From: Collinsella sp.
GTDB taxonomy: Bacteria > Actinomycetota > Coriobacteriia > Coriobacteriales > Coriobacteriaceae
Assembly (NCBI GenBank): GCA_019414055.1
Contig: DXMV01000025.1
Location: 41,295-105,294, forward strand
Length of the DNA stretch: 64,000 nucleotides
Reading direction: 5' to 3'
Both the position numbers and the translations under genes were made by a program. The notes under the pieces are model-generated. The model was not told the DNA's origin. It ran no database searches and was given only the letters and a program-made list of their open reading frames with translations. Positions 38,914 through 48,579 of this stretch are shown here, one piece after another. The number at the start of each line of letters is the position of its first letter. Position 1 is the stretch's first letter.

Positions 38914-40704
38914 ATGGCCGCCTTGTTCACGACCCCCAAGCGCAATGATAAAACCTCAGGAGCCCATTTTGTCGAGCCCGACGTGCGCCGTCGCACGCTG
39001 CTCGCGCACGGCAGCTGGCGCCGCGTGACGCGCCGCATCGTCTGCGGCCTGGCCTGCGCGCTCACGGTAAGTTCGCTGCTCATGCCGAGCGTCTCGCTCG
39101 CGGCGGAGTGGGTGGACGTTGGCGGCGTCCGCCACGAAGCGGCCGCGGGGCCCACGGGAGACGCCGCCGGCACCTGGAGCTGGGACGGCGCCGACGATAT
39201 GAAGCTCAACGGCTATAACGGCGGTGCAATCGAGGCCAAGGGCAAGCTCAACATTGCCTACGAGGGCAAGAACACCGTGAAAACCGAGCCCGATTACACT
39301 GGAGCCGCCATCAAAGCGCAGGATGGCACTAGCCAGAAAGCAGAGTTGAACATAACGAGCTCGAATAGCACGGATGAGCTCAATGTGACAGCCGAGACCG
39401 ATGCAATTAAATCCACAGGCGACCTCTCCATTTCTGGCCCAGGCACTGTGAACACCACAAGCACTAATGCCGACGGAATTGAGGCAAAGGGCGATCTCTC
39501 TATCACGGGCTCGGGCACCGTGAATGCTACGGGAGGCACCGAAGGCATCCAATCCAAGGGCAAGACCACCATCGATTCCTCTGGCACAGTGATCGCAAAA
39601 GGAAACGAAAGTTACGGCATCTCCGCGGGCAGTGACCTCATCATCAAAGGCGGTGGCAAGGTAGAAGCAAGCTCGATAGAAGAAGCGTCGATTTGGGCTG
39701 AAGACGGCAACATCGACATCTCGGGCGGCAGTCAGGTCGAGGCGAGCTCCCAGGAAGACCTTGCCGTCGACGCTGAGGGCAGTCTCACGGTCACCAACGC
39801 ATCCCTTAACGCAAGCGGTGTTGAGTATGGCGTCTATGGCCGCAAGGGCATCACGCTCGACCACGCGACCGTGACGGTCCGTGCAAGCACGGGCGGCGGT
39901 TGGCAAACTATCGCTCTCATCACTGACGAGGACGACATCGTCATCAAGAATGGTTCCATCGTGGACGCGCTCGCGGAAGGCGGGTTCTCGGCTGCTATCG
40001 CCAGCAGAAACTACAACCCTGGCGAGTCAGGTGGCCATATCTACATCAGCGACTCCGTTGTCAAGGCCATAGCCCGCTATGCCGAGACCGGCGGCGACGG
40101 CCCCGACCACTACAGTGGAGACCAAAACGACGAAATCATCCCTGAGTCCGAGGGCCTGAACATCGGCATCTTCGCGCAGACCAGCGAGGGCATCACGCCC
40201 GCGACCATCTCGATCGTCCGCAGCAGGGTCACGGCCAAGGGAGACACGGCGGCAATCTTCGCCCTTGCCATGAGCGCGGACGGCAAGGCGATCGGCACCA
40301 TCGAAATCGAAGGAGCCACCATCCAGACGCCTGAAGGCGGCAAGGTCATTGACTATCGCAACAAGGAAGAACTCAGCGACGGCATCGTCTACGAGGCGGG
40401 TCAAACCATCGGCACGGGCGACGCCGTGATCGACTCCCCCTACAACGAAGCAGTCGCCAAGCACACGCTCATCGCGCCTCCCGAGGAGACCAAACCCGAG
40501 GAAAAGCCCGGCGAGACCAAGCCGGGTTCCAAGTCCGAGGGCGCGAAGACGATCAAGACCGTTGCAGTTGCAGCCACGGGAGCCAAGACCGCCGGCAAAC
40601 TCGCGGCAACCGGCGACGCCTCGAGCGCAGCCATCATAGCGACCGCCCTTGTAGGAACGGCCGCTATCGTCACAGGCGCCCTGGCGAGTCGCAAACGCTC
40701 GTAA
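38914..40704 (+). CDS. Sortase-anchored surface protein with beta-helix-like repeats, copy 1
   Basis: Extended signal peptide ending VSLA; GDLSI.G.GTVN repeats; LAATG + hydrophobic stretch + RKRS. Confidence 0.8.
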   Translation: MAALFTTPKRNDKTSGAHFVEPDVRRRTLLAHGSWRRVTRRIVCGLACALTVSSLLMPSVSLAAEWVDVGGVRHEAAAGPTGDAAGTWSWDGADDMKLNGYNGGAIEAKGKLNIAYEGKNTVKTEPDYTGAAIKAQDGTSQKAELNITSSNSTDELNVTAETDAIKSTGDLSISGPGTVNTTSTNADGIEAKGDLSITGSGTVNATGGTEGIQSKGKTTIDSSGTVIAKGNESYGISAGSDLIIKGGGKVEASSIEEASIWAEDGNIDISGGSQVEASSQEDLAVDAEGSLTVTNASLNASGVEYGVYGRKGITLDHATVTVRASTGGGWQTIALITDEDDIVIKNGSIVDALAEGGFSAAIASRNYNPGESGGHIYISDSVVKAIARYAETGGDGPDHYSGDQNDEIIPESEGLNIGIFAQTSEGITPATISIVRSRVTAKGDTAAIFALAMSADGKAIGTIEIEGATIQTPEGGKVIDYRNKEELSDGIVYEAGQTIGTGDAVIDSPYNEAVAKHTLIAPPEETKPEEKPGETKPGSKSEGAKTIKTVAVAATGAKTAGKLAATGDASSAAIIATALVGTAAIVTGALASRKRS

Positions 40705-40975
40705 ACACTTTTTCGCACAGGACGGGTGGGTCGCGGCCCTTGCCTTCCTCGTCTACTTCTTCGTAGCGTGAGGGCAAGGCTGCAAAAGCTGAACAATAAA
40801 GCGCGGAGTCGCCATGCGGCCCCGCGCTTTTCTTTTAGCGCCGGTCCCTGCGCCGGCGTGCGGCCTATTTCTCCCCCATTTTGGCCATTTTGCCCTCCAA
40901 ACGGCACTACCGCCGGCAACATCCAGCAGATACGCTGAATCTAGTCGTATAGGCCCTATGAGAACGGGAGCAGCC

Positions 40976-42760
40976 ATGGCAGCCTTGTTCACGACCCCCA
41001 AACGCAATGACGCTACCGCCGGAACCCATGTTGCCGAACCCGACGTTCGCCGTCGCATAGGACTCGCGCACGGCAGCTGGCGCCGCGTGACGCGCCGCAT
41101 CGTCGCGGGCGCCGTGTGCGCGCTCACGGTGAGCTCGTTGCTCATGCCGAGCGTCTCGCTCGCAGCGGAATGGGTCAAGGTCGGCGGCAACAAGTACAAC
41201 ACCGCGGCGAGCGACGAGGCCGGTACCTGGTCGTGGGACGGCGCCGACGACTTGAAGCTCAACAACTATAACGGCGGCGAGATCCAGGCCGCAGGCAAGC
41301 TCAACGTGAATTACTCGGGAACCAACATCGTCACTGCCGAATGGATAGAAAGCATCAACGTTTCTCATGGCACTAACGAGAATGCCGAGCTCAATATCCA
41401 AGGCGACGCGGGCAGCACGCTCAGCGTGACATCTACTGAGGACGCTATCCTCTCCACGGGTAATATCAACATCGACGGAGCCGGATCCGTCAACGCCACG
41501 AGCACTGGGTTTGATGCCATCAATGCCGGGGGTGATCTCGCTATCAAAGGTTCGGGCAACGTCAACGCCACGGGTGCATCGGATGGCATCAGGGCAAACG
41601 GCAATATCACGATTGACGACAGCGGAGCCGTCACCGCCAGGGCTACCGAGGACAAGGGTATTGGAACCGACAAGAACCTCACCATCAAGGGTGGCGGGAC
41701 GGTCGAGGCAAGCTCAGCTGATGGTGAGGCCCTTTGGAGCGGCGGCAATATCAACATCTCGGACGGCAGCCAGGTCAAGGCAAGCTCCGAGAAAGACGCT
41801 GCCGTCGAGGCCAAGGGCAGCCTCGCAGCCACAAACGCCTCCCTCAACGTAAACGGTGTTGAATATGGCGTCTATGCCCACAAGGGCATCACCCTCGATC
41901 ATGCAAACGTGACGGTCCGTGCAGGTAAAGGCAGATACGGTGACGCCATCGCCCTCTTCACCTACCAAGACGACATCGTCGTCAAGAACGGCTCCACCGT
42001 GGACGCGTTTGCGGAAGGCGAGGTTTCGGCTGCATTCTCCACCAGAAACGATCGACCCAACGAGAAGGGTGGCCACATCTACATCAGCGACTCCGTTGTC
42101 AAGGCCATAGCCCGCTATGTCGAGAACGGCGACGGCCCCACCCCCTACAGCGAAAACCAAGATGGCGAGACGAGCCCCGAGCCCCAAGGCGAGAACATCG
42201 GCATCATCGCCCAGACCAGCGAGGGCGTCACACCCGCAGTCATCTCGATCATCCGCAGCAAGGTAACGGCCGAAGGAGATACAGCGGCAATCTTTGCCCG
42301 TGCCATGAGCGCTGACGGCAAGACAATCGGCACCATCAAGATTGAGAACGCCGCCATCCAGACGCCCGAAGGCGGCAAGGTCATTGACTATCGCAAGCTC
42401 CGTGACGGCATCTACGAGGCAGGCCAAGCCATCGGCACGGGTGACGCTGTGATCGACTCCCCCTATAACGAAGCTGTCGCCAAGAGCATGGTCATCGCAC
42501 CTCCCGAGGTAGCCAAGCCGGAAGACCCCAAGCCCGACGAGACCAAGCCCGCAGAAAGCAAGCCCGCGGAGTCCAAGCAGAACCCCAAGCCTGAGGGCTC
42601 AAAGCCGACCAAGGCCGTTGCGGCTTCAATCACGAAAGCCAAGACTACCGGCGTGCTCGCGGCAACCGGCGACACCTCGGGTGCGGTCATCGTGGCAACC
42701 GTCCTTGCGGGAACAGCCGCTATCGCCGCAGGCACCATGGCGAGCCGCAAGCGCTCTTAG
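40976..42760 (+). CDS. Sortase-anchored surface protein with beta-helix-like repeats, copy 2
   Basis: Paralog of 38914-40704 with the same signal peptide and LAATG sorting signal. Confidence 0.8.
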   Translation: MAALFTTPKRNDATAGTHVAEPDVRRRIGLAHGSWRRVTRRIVAGAVCALTVSSLLMPSVSLAAEWVKVGGNKYNTAASDEAGTWSWDGADDLKLNNYNGGEIQAAGKLNVNYSGTNIVTAEWIESINVSHGTNENAELNIQGDAGSTLSVTSTEDAILSTGNINIDGAGSVNATSTGFDAINAGGDLAIKGSGNVNATGASDGIRANGNITIDDSGAVTARATEDKGIGTDKNLTIKGGGTVEASSADGEALWSGGNINISDGSQVKASSEKDAAVEAKGSLAATNASLNVNGVEYGVYAHKGITLDHANVTVRAGKGRYGDAIALFTYQDDIVVKNGSTVDAFAEGEVSAAFSTRNDRPNEKGGHIYISDSVVKAIARYVENGDGPTPYSENQDGETSPEPQGENIGIIAQTSEGVTPAVISIIRSKVTAEGDTAAIFARAMSADGKTIGTIKIENAAIQTPEGGKVIDYRKLRDGIYEAGQAIGTGDAVIDSPYNEAVAKSMVIAPPEVAKPEDPKPDETKPAESKPAESKQNPKPEGSKPTKAVAASITKAKTTGVLAATGDTSGAVIVATVLAGTAAIAAGTMASRKRS

Positions 42761-42967
42761 ACGCCTCTGCGCACATGGCAGCTCCCGCGAAGACCCCGAG
42801 TCCCAGCACCGTTTAACAACGCCACCGCCGAGCTCCCCTCCGGCGGTGGCGTTTTCCATATGCGTCCGCAGGGTATGCACGAGATTGTCTTTGGTCTAGC
42901 CCAACCTGCATGAGCCGGCGTGCGACAATGGGGGCCGTCGATATCACAACGCCGAGAGAAGCCCGTC

Positions 42968-43633
42968 ATGGAAGCGCATCAAAAGCAGATAACCGTTCAT
43001 GCACAGCATGCCGAAAGCGCACCAGTCATCTATCTTCCCGTGGTCATGGGCGACGGCGCGGAGGTTTATGAACGCTGCCGAGAGCTCAACTGCCCGCCCT
43101 TCACGCTTGTCGGCATTGGCAGCCTCAACTGGAATCGCGAGCTGAGCCCCTGGGGATGCGACGGAACCGTGCGCGATGCCGAGCCCTTTGGCGGTCAGGC
43201 ATCCGGATTTCTCGATGAGCTGTTGAACTGGATAATCCCAGAGGCCGAGTCGTCGCTTCCTCAGCCGCCCACCTGGCGCGGCATTGCCGGCTACTCGCTC
43301 GCGGGCCTCTTCGCGCTCTGGTCCCTCTGGCAAACCGACGCCTTTAGCCGCGCCGCAAGCGCATCGGGGTCGTTGTGGTTTCCCGACTTTGTCGATCGCG
43401 CCAGCACGGCCCCTTTTGCCGGCAACCCGCAGGCCGTCTATCTGTCACTCGGCAAAAAGGAAACCAAGACGCCCAACCGCATGATGCGGCACGTACTTGA
43501 CGACACGCGCGCAATGGAAACGTTGCTCGTTGAGCGCGGCATCCTCACAACACTGGAACTCAACCCCGGCAACCACTTTGCCCAAACCGACCTGCGCATG
43601 GCGCGTGGCATCCACTGGGTTCTTGCGCACTAA
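42968..43633 (+). CDS. Alpha/beta hydrolase (esterase family)
   Basis: GYSLAG nucleophile elbow, SGSLW, GNHF. Confidence 0.8.
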   Translation: MEAHQKQITVHAQHAESAPVIYLPVVMGDGAEVYERCRELNCPPFTLVGIGSLNWNRELSPWGCDGTVRDAEPFGGQASGFLDELLNWIIPEAESSLPQPPTWRGIAGYSLAGLFALWSLWQTDAFSRAASASGSLWFPDFVDRASTAPFAGNPQAVYLSLGKKETKTPNRMMRHVLDDTRAMETLLVERGILTTLELNPGNHFAQTDLRMARGIHWVLAH

Positions 43634-43672
43634 AAAGCCGGCCATGCGCATCGGACGCATGGCCGGCTTTTT
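43632..43672. terminator. Bidirectional terminator
   Basis: AAAAAGCCGGCCATGCG...CGCATGGCCGGCTTTTT. Confidence 0.8.
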
Positions 43673-43692
43673 AACTGAGTTGGACACAGCTG

Positions 43693-45027
43693 CTATTCGG
43701 CAGACCCTTCGAGTTCCGAGACATCAAACTCAAAGTCATTACCCGGCAGAATCGCATTGAGCACGATACCCACCAGCGAACCCACGGCAAGACCCGAAAG
43801 CGAAATCGTCACGCCGCCCAGCTCCAACACGATGGCGCCGGCGGTGCTGTACGCGATGCCGAGCGAAAGCACGAGCACAAGAGCGGCCACCAGCACGTTG
43901 CGGTTGTTCTGGAAATCGACCTGGTTCTCAATGAGGTTGCGCACGCCTACGGCACTGATCATGCCGTAGAGTACGAGCGACACGCCGCCGATAACGCATG
44001 GCGGCATGGCGGCGATCACGGCAGCGAACTTGGGGCAGAAGGAAAGCACGATGGCGCAGCACGCGGCAATGCGAATCACGCGCGGGTCGAACACGCGCGT
44101 CAGAGCGAGCACGCCGGTGTTCTCGCCATACGTGGTGTTGGCCGGAGCGCCAAAGAGCGAAGCCAGGATCGTGGCAAGGCCGTCGCCGAGCAGCGTGCGA
44201 TGCAGGCCGGGATCGGCAATGTAGTTACGCTCGCAGGTGGAGCCAATAGCGGAGATATCACCGATATGCTCGATCATGGTTGCAAAGGCCAACGGCATGA
44301 TGGTGATGATGGCGGTCGTGGCAAGGCCGCTATCGAACTGCGGCCCAAAGAGTGCAAACACGGTGTTGTCCCACACGATGGGAAGACCGACCCACGGCAC
44401 GGCGGCAACGCCCGAAAAATCGACCTCACCCAACGCGGCGGCAACGGCATAGCTCACCACGACACCCAGCAGGATCGGCACGATCTTAACCATGCCGCGA
44501 CCCCAAATGTTGCAGATCACGATAACGGCAACGGCAATAACAGCCACAAGCCAGTTGGTCTGGCAGTTGGCAATAGCGGAGCTCGCCAGAATCAAGCCGA
44601 TGGAAATGACGATGGGGCCCGTCACTACCGGCGGAAAGAAGCGCATGACGCGCTTGGCGCCAAACGCGCGGAAGAGTGCCGCAAGTACCGGATAGAGTAG
44701 ACCGGCGCAGGCAACGCCCAGGCAGGCGTAGGGCAAAAGCTCGGCCTCGCCGTTGGGCGCGATGGCGGCATAACCGGCAATAAAGGCAAACGATGAGCCC
44801 AAAAATGCCGGCACCTTACCGCGCGACAGGAAGTGGAACAGCAGCGTGCCCAAGCCGGCAAACAAAAGCGTTGCCGAAACCGAGAGACCGGTGAGCACGG
44901 GCACCAGCACCGTGGCACCAAACATGGCAAACAGGTGCTGTAGGCCGAGCAAAAACATGCGCGGGCGGCCGAGCGACGATGCATCGTAGATGGCATCGGT
45001 GACGGCGGGCGTCGAAGACTGGGACAT
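43693..45027 (-). CDS. uraA: Uracil-xanthine permease (UraA-like)
   Basis: QHLFAMFGATVLVP, FLGSSFAF, EHIGD, NTTYGENTG. Confidence 0.88.
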   Translation of the reverse strand: MSQSSTPAVTDAIYDASSLGRPRMFLLGLQHLFAMFGATVLVPVLTGLSVSATLLFAGLGTLLFHFLSRGKVPAFLGSSFAFIAGYAAIAPNGEAELLPYACLGVACAGLLYPVLAALFRAFGAKRVMRFFPPVVTGPIVISIGLILASSAIANCQTNWLVAVIAVAVIVICNIWGRGMVKIVPILLGVVVSYAVAAALGEVDFSGVAAVPWVGLPIVWDNTVFALFGPQFDSGLATTAIITIMPLAFATMIEHIGDISAIGSTCERNYIADPGLHRTLLGDGLATILASLFGAPANTTYGENTGVLALTRVFDPRVIRIAACCAIVLSFCPKFAAVIAAMPPCVIGGVSLVLYGMISAVGVRNLIENQVDFQNNRNVLVAALVLVLSLGIAYSTAGAIVLELGGVTISLSGLAVGSLVGIVLNAILPGNDFEFDVSELEGSAE

Positions 45028-45149
45028 GGAAGTCCTTTCGAATGGAAGGGCGATCAGGCATATCGGATAACCTGCCCGAACGATACGATCCGAACCATTG
45101 TACGCGATATGCAGTACCTCGCACGCGCCGCCACCTGCAAACGCTAGCG

Positions 45150-46283
45150 CTATTTCCAAACGCGCTCGGCAATACGCCCGACCAGCGCAATCTTTGCCCA
45201 CTGCTCGTCCTCGGTCAGCTTATTGCCAATCTCGCAGCTGGCAAAGCCACACTGCGGAGACAGATACAGGTTCTCGAGCGGCACGTACTTTGCCGCCTCG
45301 CGGATGCGCTCGACGATAACATCCTCGTTCTCGAGCTCTGCCGCCTTGGTGGTCACCAAGCCCAGCACGACCTTCTTGCCGGGAGCAACGTACTTGAGCG
45401 GCTCAAAACCACCGGCGCGGGGCGTGTCGAACTCCAGATAGAACGCGTCAACGTCCTCATGCGCAAACAGGTACGGCGCGATGGGGTCGTAGCCGCCCTC
45501 AAAAGCGTAGGTGGAGTGGTAGTTGCCGCGGCATACATGCGTGTTAATGACCAGATCGTCGGGCTTGCCCACGATGGCGGCATTGTTGAGCGCCACGCCC
45601 AGCTCGCTTACCTTTTGCAGGTCGACCGGGCTCATGCCGGTTTTGGCAACAAAATCGGTATCGCAGTAGATGCCCCAGGTGCAGTCATCAAACTGGATGT
45701 TGCGGCAGCCCGCGGCATACAGGTCAGCAATCACGGTGCGGTATGCTGCGGCAATGGCATCGACGAGCTCTTCGTCGGTCTTGTAGACGGCGTGCAGACT
45801 CTCCTGCTGGCCATCGCAGCGGTCGAGTGTGACTTCGGAGAACGTCTGGATCGGCGCCGGAATGGTCTGGCGCGCGACCTGGCCCTCTCCCTCGAGCGAC
45901 TTGATAAATTTGAAGTGCTCGACGAACGGATGATTCTCGCCGCTAATGGGACCGGTTACCACGGCGGTGTCGGCGGTAGTCTCCTCATCGTGGAACATGT
46001 AGCCCGTGCGCGAGGCGCGGCGCTCAATGCCGTTGAGGCCCCACATAAAATCGAGGTGCCAGTAGCTGCGGCGGAACTCGCCATCGGTAATCACCTGCAG
46101 GCCGGCAGCCTTCTGCTTGGCCACTAAGTCGCGGATGGCCTCGTCCTCGACGGCCTTAAGGCCGGAAGCGTCGAGTTTACCCGCGACATAGGCGGCACGG
46201 GCGTCCTTTACAGCCTGCGGACGAAGAAAACTGCCGACGATATCGGCACGAAACGGCGCGTTCGGTTGAATCGAAGTGCTCAT
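45150..46283 (-). CDS. Cobalamin-independent methionine synthase, single-domain (YxjG/H-like)
   Basis: DIVGSFLRP, TDGEFRR, HVCRGN, LEFD, SPQCGFAS. Confidence 0.9.
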   Translation of the reverse strand: MSTSIQPNAPFRADIVGSFLRPQAVKDARAAYVAGKLDASGLKAVEDEAIRDLVAKQKAAGLQVITDGEFRRSYWHLDFMWGLNGIERRASRTGYMFHDEETTADTAVVTGPISGENHPFVEHFKFIKSLEGEGQVARQTIPAPIQTFSEVTLDRCDGQQESLHAVYKTDEELVDAIAAAYRTVIADLYAAGCRNIQFDDCTWGIYCDTDFVAKTGMSPVDLQKVSELGVALNNAAIVGKPDDLVINTHVCRGNYHSTYAFEGGYDPIAPYLFAHEDVDAFYLEFDTPRAGGFEPLKYVAPGKKVVLGLVTTKAAELENEDVIVERIREAAKYVPLENLYLSPQCGFASCEIGNKLTEDEQWAKIALVGRIAERVWK

Positions 46284-46359
46284 AGATATCTCCCTTTGCA
46301 TTGGTTGCTTTACTGGGACAGAGTATGAGCGCTCATATGACCATCGTAAAATATATGTT

Positions 46360-46389
46360 TATAACAGTTTGATATAGATGCTTCCTATA
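46360..46389. promoter_or_regulatory. MtaR/MetR-type LysR box
   Basis: TATAG-ATGCTTC-CTATA (46373-46389) plus a weaker overlapping TATAA-N7-ATATA. Confidence 0.65.
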
Positions 46390-46438
46390 TCAGTTTGGAC
46401 TGCCATAAAGAGATTTGACCCGTGCAGAACGCAGCAGT

Positions 46439-47335
46439 CTAGATGTGCTGACGAATCGCTTCGATATAGGCCTGCCCGTAGCGCGTAAGTGTCGTGTTCT
46501 TGCGCGTGATGATGCCGATCTCCATGTACTCGTCTACATCGAGCGGAATGGAGATAATGCCGGGGCCGTTAAGTTCATGGCTGATCACGCCCGAACAAAC
46601 CGTGTAGCCGTTAAGGCCCATGGCCAGATTGAACAACGTCGCACGGTCGCGCACGCGGATATTCTTGCGACGCTCAAAGGTCGAGGTCAGTTCCTCGGAA
46701 TAATAAAACGAGTTATAGCTGCCCTGCTCATAGGACAGGAACGGGTAGTCCTCGAGATCTTCGAGCGTCACGCTGGCGTGGTCCGCCAGCGGATGGTCGG
46801 AGCACACAAAGACATGCGGCGTAGCGCAGAAGAGTCCTTCGAATACGAGCTCGTTGGCCGCCAGCATGCGCTCGATGACCTCGCGATTGTGCTCCGACAG
46901 ATACAGGATGCCGAGCTCGCTTTTCATATGCGCGACGTCCTCGATAATCTCGTGGGTCTGCTCCTCGCGCAGGGTAAAGTCGTAGCGCGCGGCATCGAAC
47001 TCGCGGATCACATCGACAAATGCATTAACGGCAAAGGAATAATGCTGGCAGCTCACACTAAAGTGCGGCACCTGCTCGGACGTGCCTTTGTACTTGCCCT
47101 CGAGCAGGTCGGCCTGGTCGAGCACCTGGCGCGCGTAGCCCAAGAAGGTCTCGCCTTCCTCGGACACAATGACGCCCTTGTTGGTGCGCTCAAAGATGTG
47201 TACACCCATCTCGTTTTCGAGATCGCGAATTGACGCGGTAATCGAAGGCTGCGACACAAAGAGCCGGCGCGAGGCCTCGGTGATGCTGCCGCATTCGGCA
47301 ACTTTGACGACATATCTGAGCTGCTGGAGCTTCAT
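46439..47335 (-). CDS. LysR regulator of the MtaR/CmbR type
   Basis: MKLQQLRY HTH, QHYSFAVNAF, RDRATLFNL; directly upstream of the metE-like gene. Confidence 0.85.
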   Translation of the reverse strand: MKLQQLRYVVKVAECGSITEASRRLFVSQPSITASIRDLENEMGVHIFERTNKGVIVSEEGETFLGYARQVLDQADLLEGKYKGTSEQVPHFSVSCQHYSFAVNAFVDVIREFDAARYDFTLREEQTHEIIEDVAHMKSELGILYLSEHNREVIERMLAANELVFEGLFCATPHVFVCSDHPLADHASVTLEDLEDYPFLSYEQGSYNSFYYSEELTSTFERRKNIRVRDRATLFNLAMGLNGYTVCSGVISHELNGPGIISIPLDVDEYMEIGIITRKNTTLTRYGQAYIEAIRQHI

Positions 47336-47345
47336 GGCTTTCTCC

Positions 47346-48254
47346 CTAGACGTTCGTGACGTCGAAACCCGTCGCGTCCATCTGACGCATAAACGACGGC
47401 ATCTCCCCCGTCGCGGCGCAGGCGGCAATCTGATGCAGAGCCCCGGCAACCGCATCATCTGCCGCAGCGCCGATATGCCAGCGCGCGGCAGCCGTGACGG
47501 CCTCGTTGGCATTGGCGACTGCAACGGAATTGGGAACGGCATCGATCATGGGCAAATCGTTATCGGAATCGCCGAATACGGCCACCTCGTCGGGCGTCAG
47601 GCCCAAAGCGCGCGCCAGCTCCAGCGCAGCACAGCCCTTGTCCCAGCCGGTCGGAAGAACGTCGAACAGGCGCACGCGGTTGTTGGGAAACACGAGCGAG
47701 AGCTCCGGCACCTCGGCGGCAACACGCTCGCGCAGCTCGGCGAGCTCCTCGCGCGAACGGGCACTCCAGATATTCGCCTTGTATACCGGGGCATCGTCAA
47801 CGACAGGGCGACAGGGAGCCTCTTCGCCCTTGAGCCACGCGTTGCCGCCTGACTCCATGGCGCGACGCACACGCTCGGGATCGCTTGTCACGCAATAGGC
47901 GTCGTTGTCCCAAAAGTCATCACCCAGACGGTAGACCTTCAAATAGGTATCGTCGGTCTCTTGCTCCAGGTAGTCGGCCAGGCGCATAAGGGCATCGTTA
48001 TCAGTTGCGCGCGAGGCAACCGCCTCGCCATCGACAAACATCACCTGGCCGTTGCAAAACGCACCGGTCGAGAAGCACTCGGAGCGATTGCGGAACATCC
48101 AGCTCATCGCGGACGGCTGGCGACCCGAAACCGGGCCAAAATGCAGGCCCGCCGCCTGCATGGCATGAATGCCCTCGATGGCGCAGTCGCTGGCGCCATC
48201 GTGTCCAGCAGGAATCAGCGTATCGTCCATATCGGTCAGCACAAGTTTGATCAT
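47346..48254 (-). CDS. Cof-type HAD-IIB hydrolase
   Basis: DMDDTL, SGR, DKG, FGDSDNDLPM. Confidence 0.88.
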   Translation of the reverse strand: MIKLVLTDMDDTLIPAGHDGASDCAIEGIHAMQAAGLHFGPVSGRQPSAMSWMFRNRSECFSTGAFCNGQVMFVDGEAVASRATDNDALMRLADYLEQETDDTYLKVYRLGDDFWDNDAYCVTSDPERVRRAMESGGNAWLKGEEAPCRPVVDDAPVYKANIWSARSREELAELRERVAAEVPELSLVFPNNRVRLFDVLPTGWDKGCAALELARALGLTPDEVAVFGDSDNDLPMIDAVPNSVAVANANEAVTAAARWHIGAAADDAVAGALHQIAACAATGEMPSFMRQMDATGFDVTNV

Positions 48255-48294
48255 AAGGTCCCCTCGGTCATTCTTTATCCCGTCTATTGTAACG

Positions 48295-48396
48295 ACCTGC
48301 CAATAAGGGACAGGTTTATCTTGGCAGGCTTTATCTGGGAAAATGCAGCGCCCCTGTTGCCACCTGCCAAAATAAACCTGTCCCATATTGGCAGGT
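48295..48396. repeat. REPIN-like inverted doublet
   Basis: ACCTGCCAATAAGGGACAGGTTTATCTTGGCAGG...CCTGCCAAAATAAACCTGTCCCATATTGGCAGGT. Confidence 0.8.
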
Positions 48397-48423
48397 GCGC
48401 TAGTATAGGGAACAACAGATTCG

Positions 48424-48514
48424 ATGCGGGAGTGCCGGCGGTGCAAACCACAAGGCTGAGAGGGCATAGGGCCCAATCCTTTGAACCTGTCAGTTAATGC
48501 TGGCGTAGGGAGCA
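48424..48514 (+). ncRNA. TPP riboswitch
   Basis: GGGAGTGC...GGCTGAGAG...CCTTTGAACCTG...GTTAATGCTGGCGTAGGGA upstream of thiM. Confidence 0.92.
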
Positions 48515-48526
48515 TGCCGCCTTTAC

Positions 48527-48557
48527 AGGGGCGCTGTCTATGCACAGCGCCCCTTTT
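48527..48557 (+). terminator. Riboswitch expression-platform terminator
   Basis: AGGGGCGCTGT-CTATGC-ACAGCGCCCCT followed by TTT, before the thiM RBS. Confidence 0.7.
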
Positions 48558-48579
48558 CTATGCCAAGGAGGCATGTGCA

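Larger units (their letters stand above)
38661..42780 (+). repeat. Diverged tandem duplication, unit about 2065 bp
   Basis: 38661 aligns with 40726; each unit carries the permease tail, terminator, promoter region and a surface-protein gene. Confidence 0.9.
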
